Source: Anolis carolinensis (Eukaryota). From it: DNA of 64,000 bases. Shown in pieces: positions 12,901 through 22,339 of the stretch. The notes under the pieces were generated by a model. The model was not told the DNA's origin, ran no database searches, and saw only the letters and a list, made by a program, of their open reading frames with translations. The first letter of the stretch is position 1. Every line of letters begins with the position of its first letter. The stretch covers positions 18,893,636 through 18,957,635 of the forward strand of contig NC_085841.1 in NCBI RefSeq assembly GCF_035594765.1, read 5' to 3'. Position numbers and translations under genes: made by a program.

Positions 12901-15900
12901 GATCAAACAATGTTTCCTTTCCCTCCTTACAACAGTTTTATTCAATATTTTCATGGATGAGGCACTTACACATTGCAAAACCCAGAAAGAGAAGTGTTCA
13001 GTGCAATTGACAAATTTGGTTTATTAAAAGTAGCAATTACAGTTTACAATGACTTGGAAAAGATTATTTGAACACAGGTTATTTGAATTTATTTTCTTGT
13101 TTATAAATTTTTCCGTAAATACTGAAATAAAACATATGTTACTCATGACTATTTGTTCCAATAATTTTAATGGATTGATCTGAATATTATTAAGTCCAGA
13201 TCCAGCTCTGTAACCTGGCTGCATTATAAAAGATAGTAAAGTTTTGATGACTTGTCATAATGGTAAAAAGGCTTTGACAATACAGAACTACAGATCTCAA
13301 CGTGTGAAAATAAATCAGAACACATAATCTATAAGAAAATATTTAAGATCCAATCTGATTTTTTAAAATGAAATTATTAAAAGGCTATTTCTTTTTCAAT
13401 AGCTTGTTGTGTGCTTACAAACATATTACAAAAATCTGTTAACTGTGCAATAATACCAATGAAACAAATAATACATTGCTATTTTTGCTCATATTGAAGT
13501 CTGCACGTGTCTGTCAATTTAGCATGAGCATATTAATCTCATAGAATTGTTTTATGTAAAGAATACTCATACAGCTTTCTTAGTTACTTCCGTTGAAATA
13601 CTGTATAGCCTATAGCACCTAGTATTCATTCATTGGCAGTCACTGATCCAAGGACTAACCCAAGCTGATCTTGCTTAGTTTCCAAAAATAGACAGGATCT
13701 TCTGCCCCTTAGGTATTGAGGCCTTATCTAGGTGTAGTATTTAGTAATTAAAGCAGTACATATATTTCAAAGTTACCAATTTATTTCTGCTGCATCAGTC
13801 ATGCATGGGAAAATGTTGAGTTCAGGTTGGGAAATATAAGACTCAGGGTACCAATCCAGGTAATTTCAAACATAAAATACATGCTTAATAAGGCAAGGAT
13901 CTTTGGTTAAGTGTCAATTCATAAATCTGTGCTGAAGAGAGGTGCACAAGTAGTTTACCTATTGTGTTTCAAAATAGAGGTAATGTACTGTATACGGAAA
14001 GCTTTATGCACATTTGCCAAGTTTTTACATATCTACCAAACTTGCTTGATACTATTGCTCCTCCACCACCATACATCTATTGATGAGGGACCATAAATAA
14101 AATGCAGTAACTACTCAAAAACAAACAAACAAAAAAAGAAAAGACAGCAAGGTCCTGAAATAATGCGATATTGTAGGGCACCCAACACAGAGAAAATAGT
14201 TAGGTGTACACTATGTAACAAAATTTGAAAAAATCTGTTCCTGGTTTGAAAGTGTTATTTCCTGTTTAATTGTGCAGTACTTACCATAGTAGTTGTTATA
14301 CTCCTTTTATACTACTGTTATTTTAAAAAAATGAAAGATACAGAATGGGGGAACGCCTGGCTTGACAGAAGTGTGAAAAAGATCTTGGAGTCTTCGTGAC
14401 AAGTTAAGCAGGAGCTAAAAATGTGATGTGGCAGCTAAAAAATGCCAGTGGGATTTTGGCCTGCATAAATAGGAATATAGTGTCTAGATCCTGGAAAGTC
14501 ATGCTACCCCTCTATTCTGCCTAGGTCAGACCACAACTGGAATACTGTGTCCAATTCTGGGCACCACGATTGAAGGGAGATGTTGATAAACTGGAATGTG
14601 TCCAGAGAAGGGTGATTAAAATAATCAAGGGTTTGGGAAATAAGCCCTCATCAAGAGTTGGGCATGTTTAGCCTGCAGAAGAGAAGGCTGAGAGGCAGCA
14701 TGATGGCCATGTATAAATATGTGAGGAGAAGTCATTGAAGGGAGCAAGCTTGTTTTCTGCTGCCCTAGAGACTAGGATGCGGAACAATGGTTTCAAACTA
14801 CAGGAAAGGAGATTCCATCAGAATAATAGGAAGAAATTCCTCACTGTGAGAGCTGTTCAGCAGTGGAACTCTCTGTCCCGTAGTGTGGTGGGGGCTCCTT
14901 TTTTGGAGGCTTTGAAGCAGAGGCTAGATGGCCATCTGTTGGGGGTGTTTTGAATGCAAATTTTCTGCTTCTTGGCAGGGAGTTGGACTGGATGGCCCAC
15001 GAGGTCTCTTCCTACTCTATTATTATTTATTCTATGAGTGGCTTAAAGAGCTGAGCATGTTTAACTTAAATTTTTAAGAAATAACTAAAATAACTTGATG
15101 TGGAAACTGGCTTTTGAAAATGGTTGATTACTTTTCATTATGGTGGTAGTCTTTTAGCTGTGTTGATACCTATTGGTTTTTAACTGGTTTTACCCCCACG
15201 GTGAGATATATTTTTAAACCCAGTACAATTTTAACCTATATATTTATTTACTGTGATATTGTTTTCTTTTAAATTTTGTGTTTATGATTATTGGTTATAT
15301 ACGTCTTGTCTTTTTGGTTTCTGCTTCAGTATGACTTGATTCTGTTGTGAGCCACCCTGAGTCCTTGTGGAGAGGGGGCAGGACATAATGAAAGTGTATT
15401 ATTATTACCATTATGTTTAGCCTCCAGAAGAGAAGGTTGAGAAGAGACATGTATAAGTATGTGAGGGGAAGTCATAGGGAGGAGAGCAAGCTTGTTTTGT
15501 GCTGCCTTGGAGACTAGAACGCAGAACAATAGCTTCAAACCAATAAAATCCTACATTGTCTACTTTGAATTGGAATATATGACCGTGTGGACTCAGATAA
15601 CCCAGTTCAAAGCAAATATTGTGGGATTTTCTGCCTTGATATTCTAGGATATAGGGCTGTATGGAAGGGCTCTGGGTTATAAATAGGAATACAGTGTCTA
15701 GATCCAGGGAAGTCATGCTACCCCTTCTCTCTGCCTTAGTCACACCTGGAATACTGTGTCCAATTCTGGGCACCACGATTGAAAGGAAATGTTGACAAGC
15801 TGGAACGTGTCCAGAGGAAGATGATTAAAATGATCAAGGTTCTGGAGAATAAGCCCTATGAGGAGGGGCTTCAAAAGTTGGGCATGTTTAGCCTGCAGAA

Positions 15901-16911
15901 GAGACAGCTGAGAGGGGACATAATAGCCATGTATACCTAGGGAAAGTCATAGGGAGGAGGGCGCAAGCTTGTTTTCTGCTGCCCGCGAGACTAGGACACG
16001 GAACAATAGCTTCAAATTACAGGAAAGGAGATTCCACCTGAACATGAGGAAGGCCTTCCTAAATATGGGAGCTGTTCAGCAGTGGAATTCTCTGCCCTGG
16101 AGTGTGGTGGAGGCTTTTAAGCAGGGGCTGGATGGCTATCTGTCGAGGGTGCTTTGGATGCAATTTTCCTGCTTCTTGGCAGGGGGTTGGACTGGATGGC
16201 CCACGAGGTAGGTCTCTTCCAACTCCGATTCCAGAAACTTCATTTTTGTGGCTGCCACAAACTAGGTTGAATTGGTTGAGCCTCTATGACAGTGGTTCTC
16301 AACCTGTGGGTCCCCAGAAGTTTTGGCTTCCAACTCCCAGAAATCCTAACAACTGGTAATCTGGTTGGGATTTCTGGGAGTTTTAGGCCAAAACACCTGG
16401 GGAACCCGCTGGTTGAGAATCACTGCTCTATGAGATTTATTGAAAGGGTGCATCTGCACCAGGCCTGGGCAAACTTGGGCCTTCCAGGTGTTTTGGACTT
16501 CAACTCCCACCATTCCTAACAGCCTCAGGCCCTTTCCTTTTCCCCCTCAGCCGCTTAAGCGGCTGAGGGGGAAAAGGAAAGGGCCTGAGGCTGTTAGGAA
16601 TGGTGGGAGTTGAAGTCCAAAACACCTGGAGGGCCCATGCCTGGACTACAGAATAAATGCACCCTTGCAACGTACTCAAGACCCGGCTGCGAGACCCTCC
16701 GTTGCCCCTGCCCTCCTCCTTCCCGGCTCACCCCTCCACTGGAACCTCCGGCGCGAGGGGCGGCCTTCTCCCGGCGGCTTTCGCCCTCTTCGGCCCCGCC
16801 GTACTCGATCTCTCCCTCCTCGGCGGCAGCGCTGCTGGGCTTCAGCCGCTTGGCCTGGCTCTCGTAGGCGCCCTCCTCGTACTGCTCCCCCGACGACGAC
16901 GGTGAGGACAT
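872..16911 (-). CDS. HNRNPLL: hnRNP L-like, exons 1-12 (final exon lies beyond the window start)
   Basis: join(16911-16732?,12304-12186,10853-10616,9395-9310,8664-8568,8483-8411,4792-4721,3668-3451,3313-3192,2859-2658,1128-1071,970-872). Peptides such as [39 protein letters not shown] and VLHYYNVP match the 4 RRMs; phases are compatible. Confidence 0.97.
1071..1128 (-). CDS. HNRNPLL: HNRNPLL exon 11
   Basis: cag|CTG...AAAC|gtaagt; [19 protein letters not shown]. Confidence 0.95.
1957..2374. mobile_element. Tigger/pogo-like non-autonomous DNA transposon remnant
   Basis: Right end ...ATAACTTGGGGGCTGCCTG|TA resembles a TcMar-Tigger TIR; left end is degenerate. Confidence 0.5.
2658..2859 (-). 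CDS. HNRNPLL: HNRNPLL exon 10
   Basis: tag|TGTGTCC...AAG|gtaaga; [18 protein letters not shown]...EETFVK. Confidence 0.95.
3192..3313 (-). CDS. HNRNPLL: HNRNPLL exon 9
   Basis: cag|GTG...TG|gtatgt; [21 protein letters not shown]...KRLNV. Confidence 0.95.
3451..3668 (-). CDS. HNRNPLL: HNRNPLL exon 8
   Basis: tag|GAACA...AAG|gtaaaa; [12 protein letters not shown]...LYGNIEK. Confidence 0.95.
4721..4792 (-). CDS. HNRNPLL: HNRNPLL exon 7
   Basis: tag|ACAGA...TATG|gtgagt; [24 protein letters not shown]. Confidence 0.95.
5589..5656 (-). other. Candidate poison (NMD) cassette exon in HNRNPLL intron 6
   Basis: Acceptor catttctcatttctcattgtttggcag| followed by an in-frame TGA within 3 codons; donor uncertain. 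Confidence 0.4.
6215..6395 (+). mobile_element. L2-type 3' tail fragment
   Basis: Ends CTGAGTCCCCTTCGGGATGAGAAGGGCGGAGTATAAAT...(TAAA)n. Confidence 0.7.
8411..8483 (-). CDS. HNRNPLL: HNRNPLL exon 6
   Basis: cag|CCA...CGAG|gtaagt; [24 protein letters not shown]. Confidence 0.95.
8568..8664 (-). CDS. HNRNPLL: HNRNPLL exon 5
   Basis: ttac|ATTTGAA...AGG|gtaatg; [32 protein letters not shown]. Confidence 0.95.
8665..9309 (-). other. U12-type AT-AC intron (HNRNPLL intron 4)
   Basis: 5'ss ATATCCTTT (9309-9301), branch TCCTTAAC (8681-8674), terminal AC (8666-8665); reading frame is restored across it. Confidence 0.95.
9310..9395 (-). CDS. HNRNPLL: HNRNPLL exon 4
   Basis: cag|GAT...GTTGA|atatcc; [29 protein letters not shown]. 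Confidence 0.95.
10027..10349. mobile_element. Tc1/mariner-superfamily MITE (family T1)
   Basis: TIR CAGTAGAGTCTCACTTATCCAAC, TA target duplication; 3 copies in the window. Confidence 0.9.
10616..10853 (-). CDS. HNRNPLL: HNRNPLL exon 3
   Basis: tag|TTACGTC...GTG|gtatgt; [15 protein letters not shown]...NPLYPITV. Confidence 0.95.
12186..12304 (-). CDS. HNRNPLL: HNRNPLL exon 2
   Basis: cag|GAT...TG|gtatgt; [20 protein letters not shown]...FGTI. Confidence 0.95.
13590..13702 (-). mobile_element. 5S rRNA-derived SINE fragment
   Basis: Reverse complement resembles the 5S head GATCCTGTC...GGAAACTAAGCAAG...TTAGT; similar to 29856. Confidence 0.5.
14325..15036 (+). mobile_element. CR1 LINE 3' fragment (ORF2 C-terminus plus tail)
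   Basis: [27 protein letters not shown]; CR1 tail GGTCTCTTCC...TATTCTATGA. Confidence 0.9.
15541..15671. mobile_element. PIF/Harbinger-like MITE fragment
   Basis: Ends GGGCTGTATGGAAGGGC; same family at 55676-55718 and ~57195-57330. Confidence 0.55.
15675..16228 (+). mobile_element. CR1 LINE 3' fragment (second copy)
   Basis: Closely parallels 14465-15020; [14 protein letters not shown]. Confidence 0.9.
16290..16425. mobile_element. hAT MITE family B
   Basis: TIR CAGTGGTTCTCAACC; perfect 8-bp TSD CTCTATGA (16282-89 and 16426-33). Confidence 0.92.
16460..16643. mobile_element. Palindromic hAT-like MITE family A
   Basis: CAGGC(A/C)TGGGC termini; perfect 148-bp palindrome at 16483-16630. Confidence 0.9.
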
Positions 16912-17360
16912 GACAATAATGGCGCGCGAAGGCAGGCGAGCTCAGCACGGAGCCTGAAAAAGATGCTTCTTACCTCTCTCTCCCTCAGACCAGACAAAAC
17001 CGCAGCGTGCACGCACTCACCTTCCCACAGAGAGAGGGAGGGAGGGCCGGAGCACACTTCGCCCTCTGATTGGCCCGCTTCCGAGGCTCTACTCCCTCTA
17101 TTGGCTAGGAGAGGAGTTTCTCACACGCTTGCGGCGCTCGCGATTAGAGGGAAGCGACGCCTGTCAGAGCCAAACAGACCGTTTCCTCCTCCCCCCCTTT
17201 CTTTTTAAAAGGGACGGTTTAATTGGGAAAGAAAGGGAGGGGTGGGGAAGGCGCGCGCCGTTGCTAGGGGCGACGCGCCGTTGCTAGGGGCGACGCACTG
17301 CCCTCGCGCCTCTGACTGGATTGAGGCCTAGCGTGGAGGCCTAGCGTGCGCAAACAAATT
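16680..17360. promoter_or_regulatory. CpG island / HNRNPLL promoter, probably bidirectional
   Basis: GC/CpG rich; minus-strand CCAAT boxes (ATTGG near 17069, 17100, 17222); tandem RFX-like GTTGCTAGGGGCGAC x2; tandem GAGGCCTAGCGTG x2. Confidence 0.85.
16732..16911 (-). CDS. HNRNPLL: HNRNPLL exon 1 coding part (3' boundary uncertain: 16732 or ~16684)
   Basis: ATG at 16911; [24 protein letters not shown]; best phase-0 donor is GGG|gtgagc. Confidence 0.8.
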
Positions 17361-17481
17361 CCCTCAAAAATAATGACATGAAATAATGTCAAATATAAAT
17401 TAATATAATATAATCACATAAAACAGGAAATAATTGAAATGTAAGAAAGTATAAAATTAAACACATAATAAAATAATATAT

Positions 17482-17809
17482 AAGGTAAAAAAATTCTCCT
17501 GGAATTAAGTCTAGTCGTGTCCCACTCAGGGGGTTGGTGCTCATCTTCATTTCGAAGCCAAAGAGTCGGTATTGTCCGTAGACACCTCCAAGGTTATGTG
17601 GCCGGCATGACTGCATGGAGCACCGTTACCTTCCTGTGGAAGCGGTACCTATTGATCTACTCACATTTGCATGTTTTCAAACTGCTAGGTTGGCAGACGC
17701 TGGGGCTAACAGTGGGAGCTCACTCCGCTTCCCGGATTCAAACCGCCAACCTTTTGGTCAGCAAGTTCAGCAGCTCAGCAGTTTCATCCGCTGCGCCACT
17801 GGGAGCTCC
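17482..17809 (-). mobile_element. Sauria SINE (full length)
   Basis: tRNA-like head GGAGCTCCCAGTGGCGCAGCGG...GTTTGAATCC; Bov-B-like tail ...TTTACCTT. Confidence 0.9.
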
Positions 17810-17864
17810 AAATAATGTATAATAAAAATGTATATATATGTGTGTGTGTAGATATAGAATATCA

Positions 17865-18275
17865 GGAATATCCAGGGTGGGAGAAAGAACTCTTGTCTGT
17901 TTAAGGCAGGTGTAAATGTTGCAATTGGCCTGCTTGATTAGCACTGAATGGCCTTGCAGATCCAAAGCCTGGCTGCTTCCTGCCAACACCTCCCAACAAA
18001 GGATTCCCCCAGGCTGGAAGCAGCCAGGCTTTGAAGCTGCAAAGCTATTCAATGCTAATCAAGCTGGCCAATTGCAACATTCACACCTGCCTCCCAACAG
18101 AGCAGAGTTGATTCTCCCACCCTGGACATTATTCCACGGATATATAAACCCCACTTGCCTAGTTTCCAACAGACCTCACAACCTCTAAGGATGCCTGCCA
18201 TAGGTGTGGGCGAAATGTCAGGAGGGAATGCTTCTGGAACATGGCCATACAGCCTGGAAAACTCACAGCAAACCA
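17865..18275 (+). mobile_element. Penelope-like element terminal repeat with inverted 5' part
   Basis: 17865-17984 is an inverted copy of ~18010-18130; hammerhead-like motif at 18182-18222. Confidence 0.85.
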
Positions 18276-19483
18276 ATGTAAAATATAAATTAATATAATA
18301 TATAATAAAATAAAATATGAAATTGAAATCTAAGAAAATATAAAATTAAACGCATTATATGAGTCTACAGCCAAGCGTGGATTTTCCTAGGGAAAAATAC
18401 AGCTTAAGAATTAGGTGGAATTTAACCAAAGCTCTCTTCAATAAAGTTATTAAGCAACACTGGAATCATCTAATAAAAATGACAATTTAGTTATTTTAAG
18501 TGATATAATTTCTAATGACATTTTATACAAGAATCTCTTTCTGGATTGCATTAAGCAGTGGTTTTGGTATTTTGCATATGGTTTTGCCTCATTGCCCTTC
18601 GGTTGGAAAGGAAACTGATGTGCTCACACATTACCACACAATTGCTTAAGTAATACCTACCGCAATGACCAAACCTACAAAAGCATATGTTAATTTACTG
18701 GAGATCACTAACTGTGATGTAATTGTAATTGTGTATTAATTAATGGCAATTAACATGCATGTGTTTGTTGTTATTAGAGTTTCGTCGTCATTATTCCATT
18801 CTTAACTCAGCTAATTAACTCTCCAAGAAGACAGACAGTCTGCTTTTCCTGGTTGTTATCCTGTGTAAAATCTCCTCAGCCCACCTCATTTGCTGGATTA
18901 GGGGCATGGAACTCCCTTGAAAGCAAAAAACGGAGTAAACAAATTTCTATATCTTTACCTAGGAGTTTATAGATCTTCCAGTGTTGGGTTGTTGTATGTT
19001 TTCTGAGCTGTATGGCTCTGCTATGGCTGATTTGGCAGAGCCCTTGATGAACCAACCTGGACACAGCATATTATTTGAGAACACAGAAATGCTCAACCAC
19101 TCCAACAACCACCATGTCAGACTACAGAGAAGCCATTGAAATCCACAATCATATGGACAATTTCGACAGAAAGGAGGAAACCATGAACATGAACAAAATC
19201 TGGCTACCAGTATTTAAAAACTCTAAAATCAGGACTGTAAATAAGGAGCAGCACTCTGAAAACAGAAGAATTCCAGACAGGAATCAATCAGGGGCAGCTA
19301 GCGACTCTGAACAAAGGATTCCCCCAGGCTAGGATGAGAGGCTGGGGAGGCCATTTAAGGCTAACAAAGGTGATTAATTACAACGTTCACACTGGCCTCC
19401 AACAGGCAAGAGTTCTTCCCCCCCCACCCAGAACTTCCACAGATATATAAACCTTCCTTGCTGAGTTTCTCCATACCTCACAA

Positions 19484-19524
19484 CCTCTGAGGATGCCTGC
19501 CATAGATGCAGGCGAAACGTCAGG
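19484..19524 (+). ncRNA. Minimal type-I hammerhead ribozyme motif (Penelope), intact core
   Basis: CCT-CTGAGGA-T-GCCTGC/catagat/GCAGGC-GAAA-CG-TC-AGG. Confidence 0.75.
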
Positions 19525-19552
19525 AGAGAATACTTCTGGAACATGGCCATAC

Positions 19553-19979
19553 TGAAGGGACCATAAGCCAGAAAATAGTAAACTTTTGCCTATGTAGCTT
19601 TGCCTCTGCATATGCCCCTCCCTTTCTTGTGAGCTAGTGCCTTTCTCCAAAAAGTTCCAAGACCAAAAGTTAGCTTGAAATCAACAAGTGAGGACATAGG
19701 TATCACTTACGCCAAGTGGATGTGGAAGGTGAGGAAGACCCTCAGCCATTGGTCAATTTTAGACAAGCAAAAGGTATGAATTCTTTGTTTGCTGCAACAT
19801 GCTTTTGCAAATGCCATTTGCATAGTACATCCTTCTGGGGTATGTATGGCTGTATGTATGGCTGTCGCCTTCTCAAGCAGTGGTGAAAATAAACTTTGCT
19901 TTTTGCATCTCTTATGAGCTGAGTTTTTCTGCCCGATTTCCCTCCTGAGCCAGGACCCTTTGAAGGTAATTGTCTTACA
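19553..19979 (+). mobile_element. Solo LTR (ERV/Gypsy-type) nested in the Penelope copy
   Basis: TG...CA termini; 4-bp near-TSD ATAC/ACAC; AATAAA at 19888-93; splits GGCCATAC^AGCCC. Confidence 0.65.
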
Positions 19980-22339
19980 ACACAGCCCGGAAAACATACA
20001 ACAACCCTGTGATCCCAGCCTTGAAAGCATTCGACAACACATCTTCCAGTGTTACTCTATGTTCAGGCTGAGCTGGAAGCTGACCAGAGAATCACACTGG
20101 AGGACCTAAGAGAGAACATTTTAATCAAATCTATGAATAACCAGCCAAATCCGCAAAAGTATGTAAAGGAACAACTGTACTGTTTATATAGTAAGTGTAA
20201 TAAGTATAGTAAACATGGCCCTTTATTGAAATTCAAAGCCTTAAAAGGTAGTTGTAGAATTTTAATACTACTGTTACCGAAGCCCCAGACCCACAATTAT
20301 GAATTATGATTCCCCTTACATAGATCTCTAGCTGCACTATGCTCTCCATTTGACTTATTGTAATTTTTCCATTAATTTCCTTGAGGATGTTGACTCTCCG
20401 CACCTTAAATTTCAGGATGTGATCTTGCAATGTCCATAATCCTCTCACAATGTCCCTGGAAGACACGGAAATCACACAGTGGGCTTGCACAAGAGCTTGA
20501 AGGTCTTCTTCTTGTTCTTACGTGATATGAGCAATTTATTCCTGGGAACTCTTCCTTATCTGTGTTTCCAACTCAAAACTCTCTCCAGGGCTCCCACTGA
20601 AATGGCCATCTTCCCAAGCATCTTTTGTTTATTTGGTCCGACACTATTGTATTAATGAGCTGGAATATTTGTTAGCAGGGGTAGAAGATAAGAAGAGTAA
20701 AACACACACTACACTCCTGCTAGGTAGACACGTGAATTCAATCCTATCACAACCTCCTCCAGCTGCACAATGGGACAGAGTGTCTCATAGGCAAGCAGTT
20801 AATTCCAATCACCAAAACACTGCAGAGTCCTGGTCACAGCAGAGATCTTATATCGCAGCCTCTGGCCTTGTAAAGTAGCTCATCAGCATGAATAAACACT
20901 CTTGAGCTCTCACTTTCATCCAAACTCCTATGGAGGTTTATTCTTGATGGTTACTTATAACTAATTACAGGTCTTCTCTTAGTATACAAAGAGACTCAGA
21001 ATCATATTAAGGACAGGAAATGACTCAGCTGTCCCTCTAGGATCACATCTCTACTCTCTTGACCCTTTAAAAGACTGCACTGTCTAATAAGAACTGTATT
21101 TTCTACACAGGAGGTATATTCCTATCTATTACAGCTTTTTCTACCTGACAATATTGAGACCCATTTAGGCCAATATGGTTTGCCCCATCACATTCCTCCC
21201 TGATCACAGCCCTCTTGGGGCCGGATCAAAAACCAAACACAAACTTAAAAATAATCCAATAAAAGTTTAAGTTTTCCACCATGGCAGAGACCAAACAGCA
21301 ATGACCAACCATGGAATGGATCCTAGCCGGACACTTTCTGAAACAATATTCACAATTGAGGTACGTCAATTCTTTGGATTCTTTATCCCCACTGACATCT
21401 CTCTGGCCAGTGAGAATTTTGTCTTCAACCCATCTGTGTCTCATTCAACCTTCTGATAAGATAGACACGCCAGGGCTCCGAACTCACAGTTCTTGCGGAA
21501 GCTGAAACCACAAAACACCACTGTAATTTCCATGGCTTCATACTATAGAATCCTAAGATTAGTAATTTTATGATGTGCTAAGAATTCTGTACTTGAATTC
21601 ACTACTTTTTGGGAGTAATCTAGAAACTTTCTAGGAGACTTCTAAGTATATCACTAAACTACAAATCCAAGCATCCTATAGCATGGAGCCATGGTAGTTA
21701 CAGTGGGTTTCAAATCGTCACAATTTGCAATGTATGTTTTTATGATTCAATCAATAATTATATTTTATTATTGTTGTGTAGGCATTTAATTTTGCCATAA
21801 TATGTTTGTAAACTGCTTTGAGTCCCCCATCAAGGGCGAGAAAAGTAAATAAATAAATAAATGATTATAAAGAAGGCATCTACAAATAAGATGTTTGTAA
21901 CTACAGTTTATATCCGCTTAATTCTGTGCGTGTATCCTGGTAAATTAAGTGAGGTCTACTTCTTAGCAAACCTCAATAGGACTGGGTTGACTGTACAACT
22001 GAGCTCACTGTTTTCATTTCCCATTTCTCAGAATAGGAGAAAATAATCAAAAGCATTTTACAGGCTTTTGCACAAGAGAATATTGAAGATGGTGGGGAGC
22101 TGCATGCATAGTTCCTTATAGCTGAATGAGTCTCTTTATACCTGGGAAAGTTATTTGCATTTTTAAAAAGACATTTGATATTGGATAGACTTTGTCCTTA
22201 AATATCTTTGGCCTTTCTGTGTGGGGCTTCCTAGGATTTACTCTTATTAAATTTTTAAAAATTGTAACGAGGAGATCTATATATGGATATTCAATGCATT
22301 TTGAGTCAGATACTTGAGTAGAAATGGGGTGGCATTAAT

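Larger units (their letters stand above)
18986..20040 (+). mobile_element. Penelope-like element (GIY-YIG C-terminus plus terminal repeat) with 13-bp TSD
   Basis: TSD ATCTTCCAGTGTT at 18973-85 and 20041-53; REAIEIHNHMDNFDRKEE; short inverted terminal piece at 18986-19016. Confidence 0.9.

Noticed and set aside
16610-17208. Several overlapping GC-rich ORFs around HNRNPLL exon 1
   Set aside because: Shadow ORFs of a CpG island; only the minus-strand MSSPSSS frame matches a known protein.
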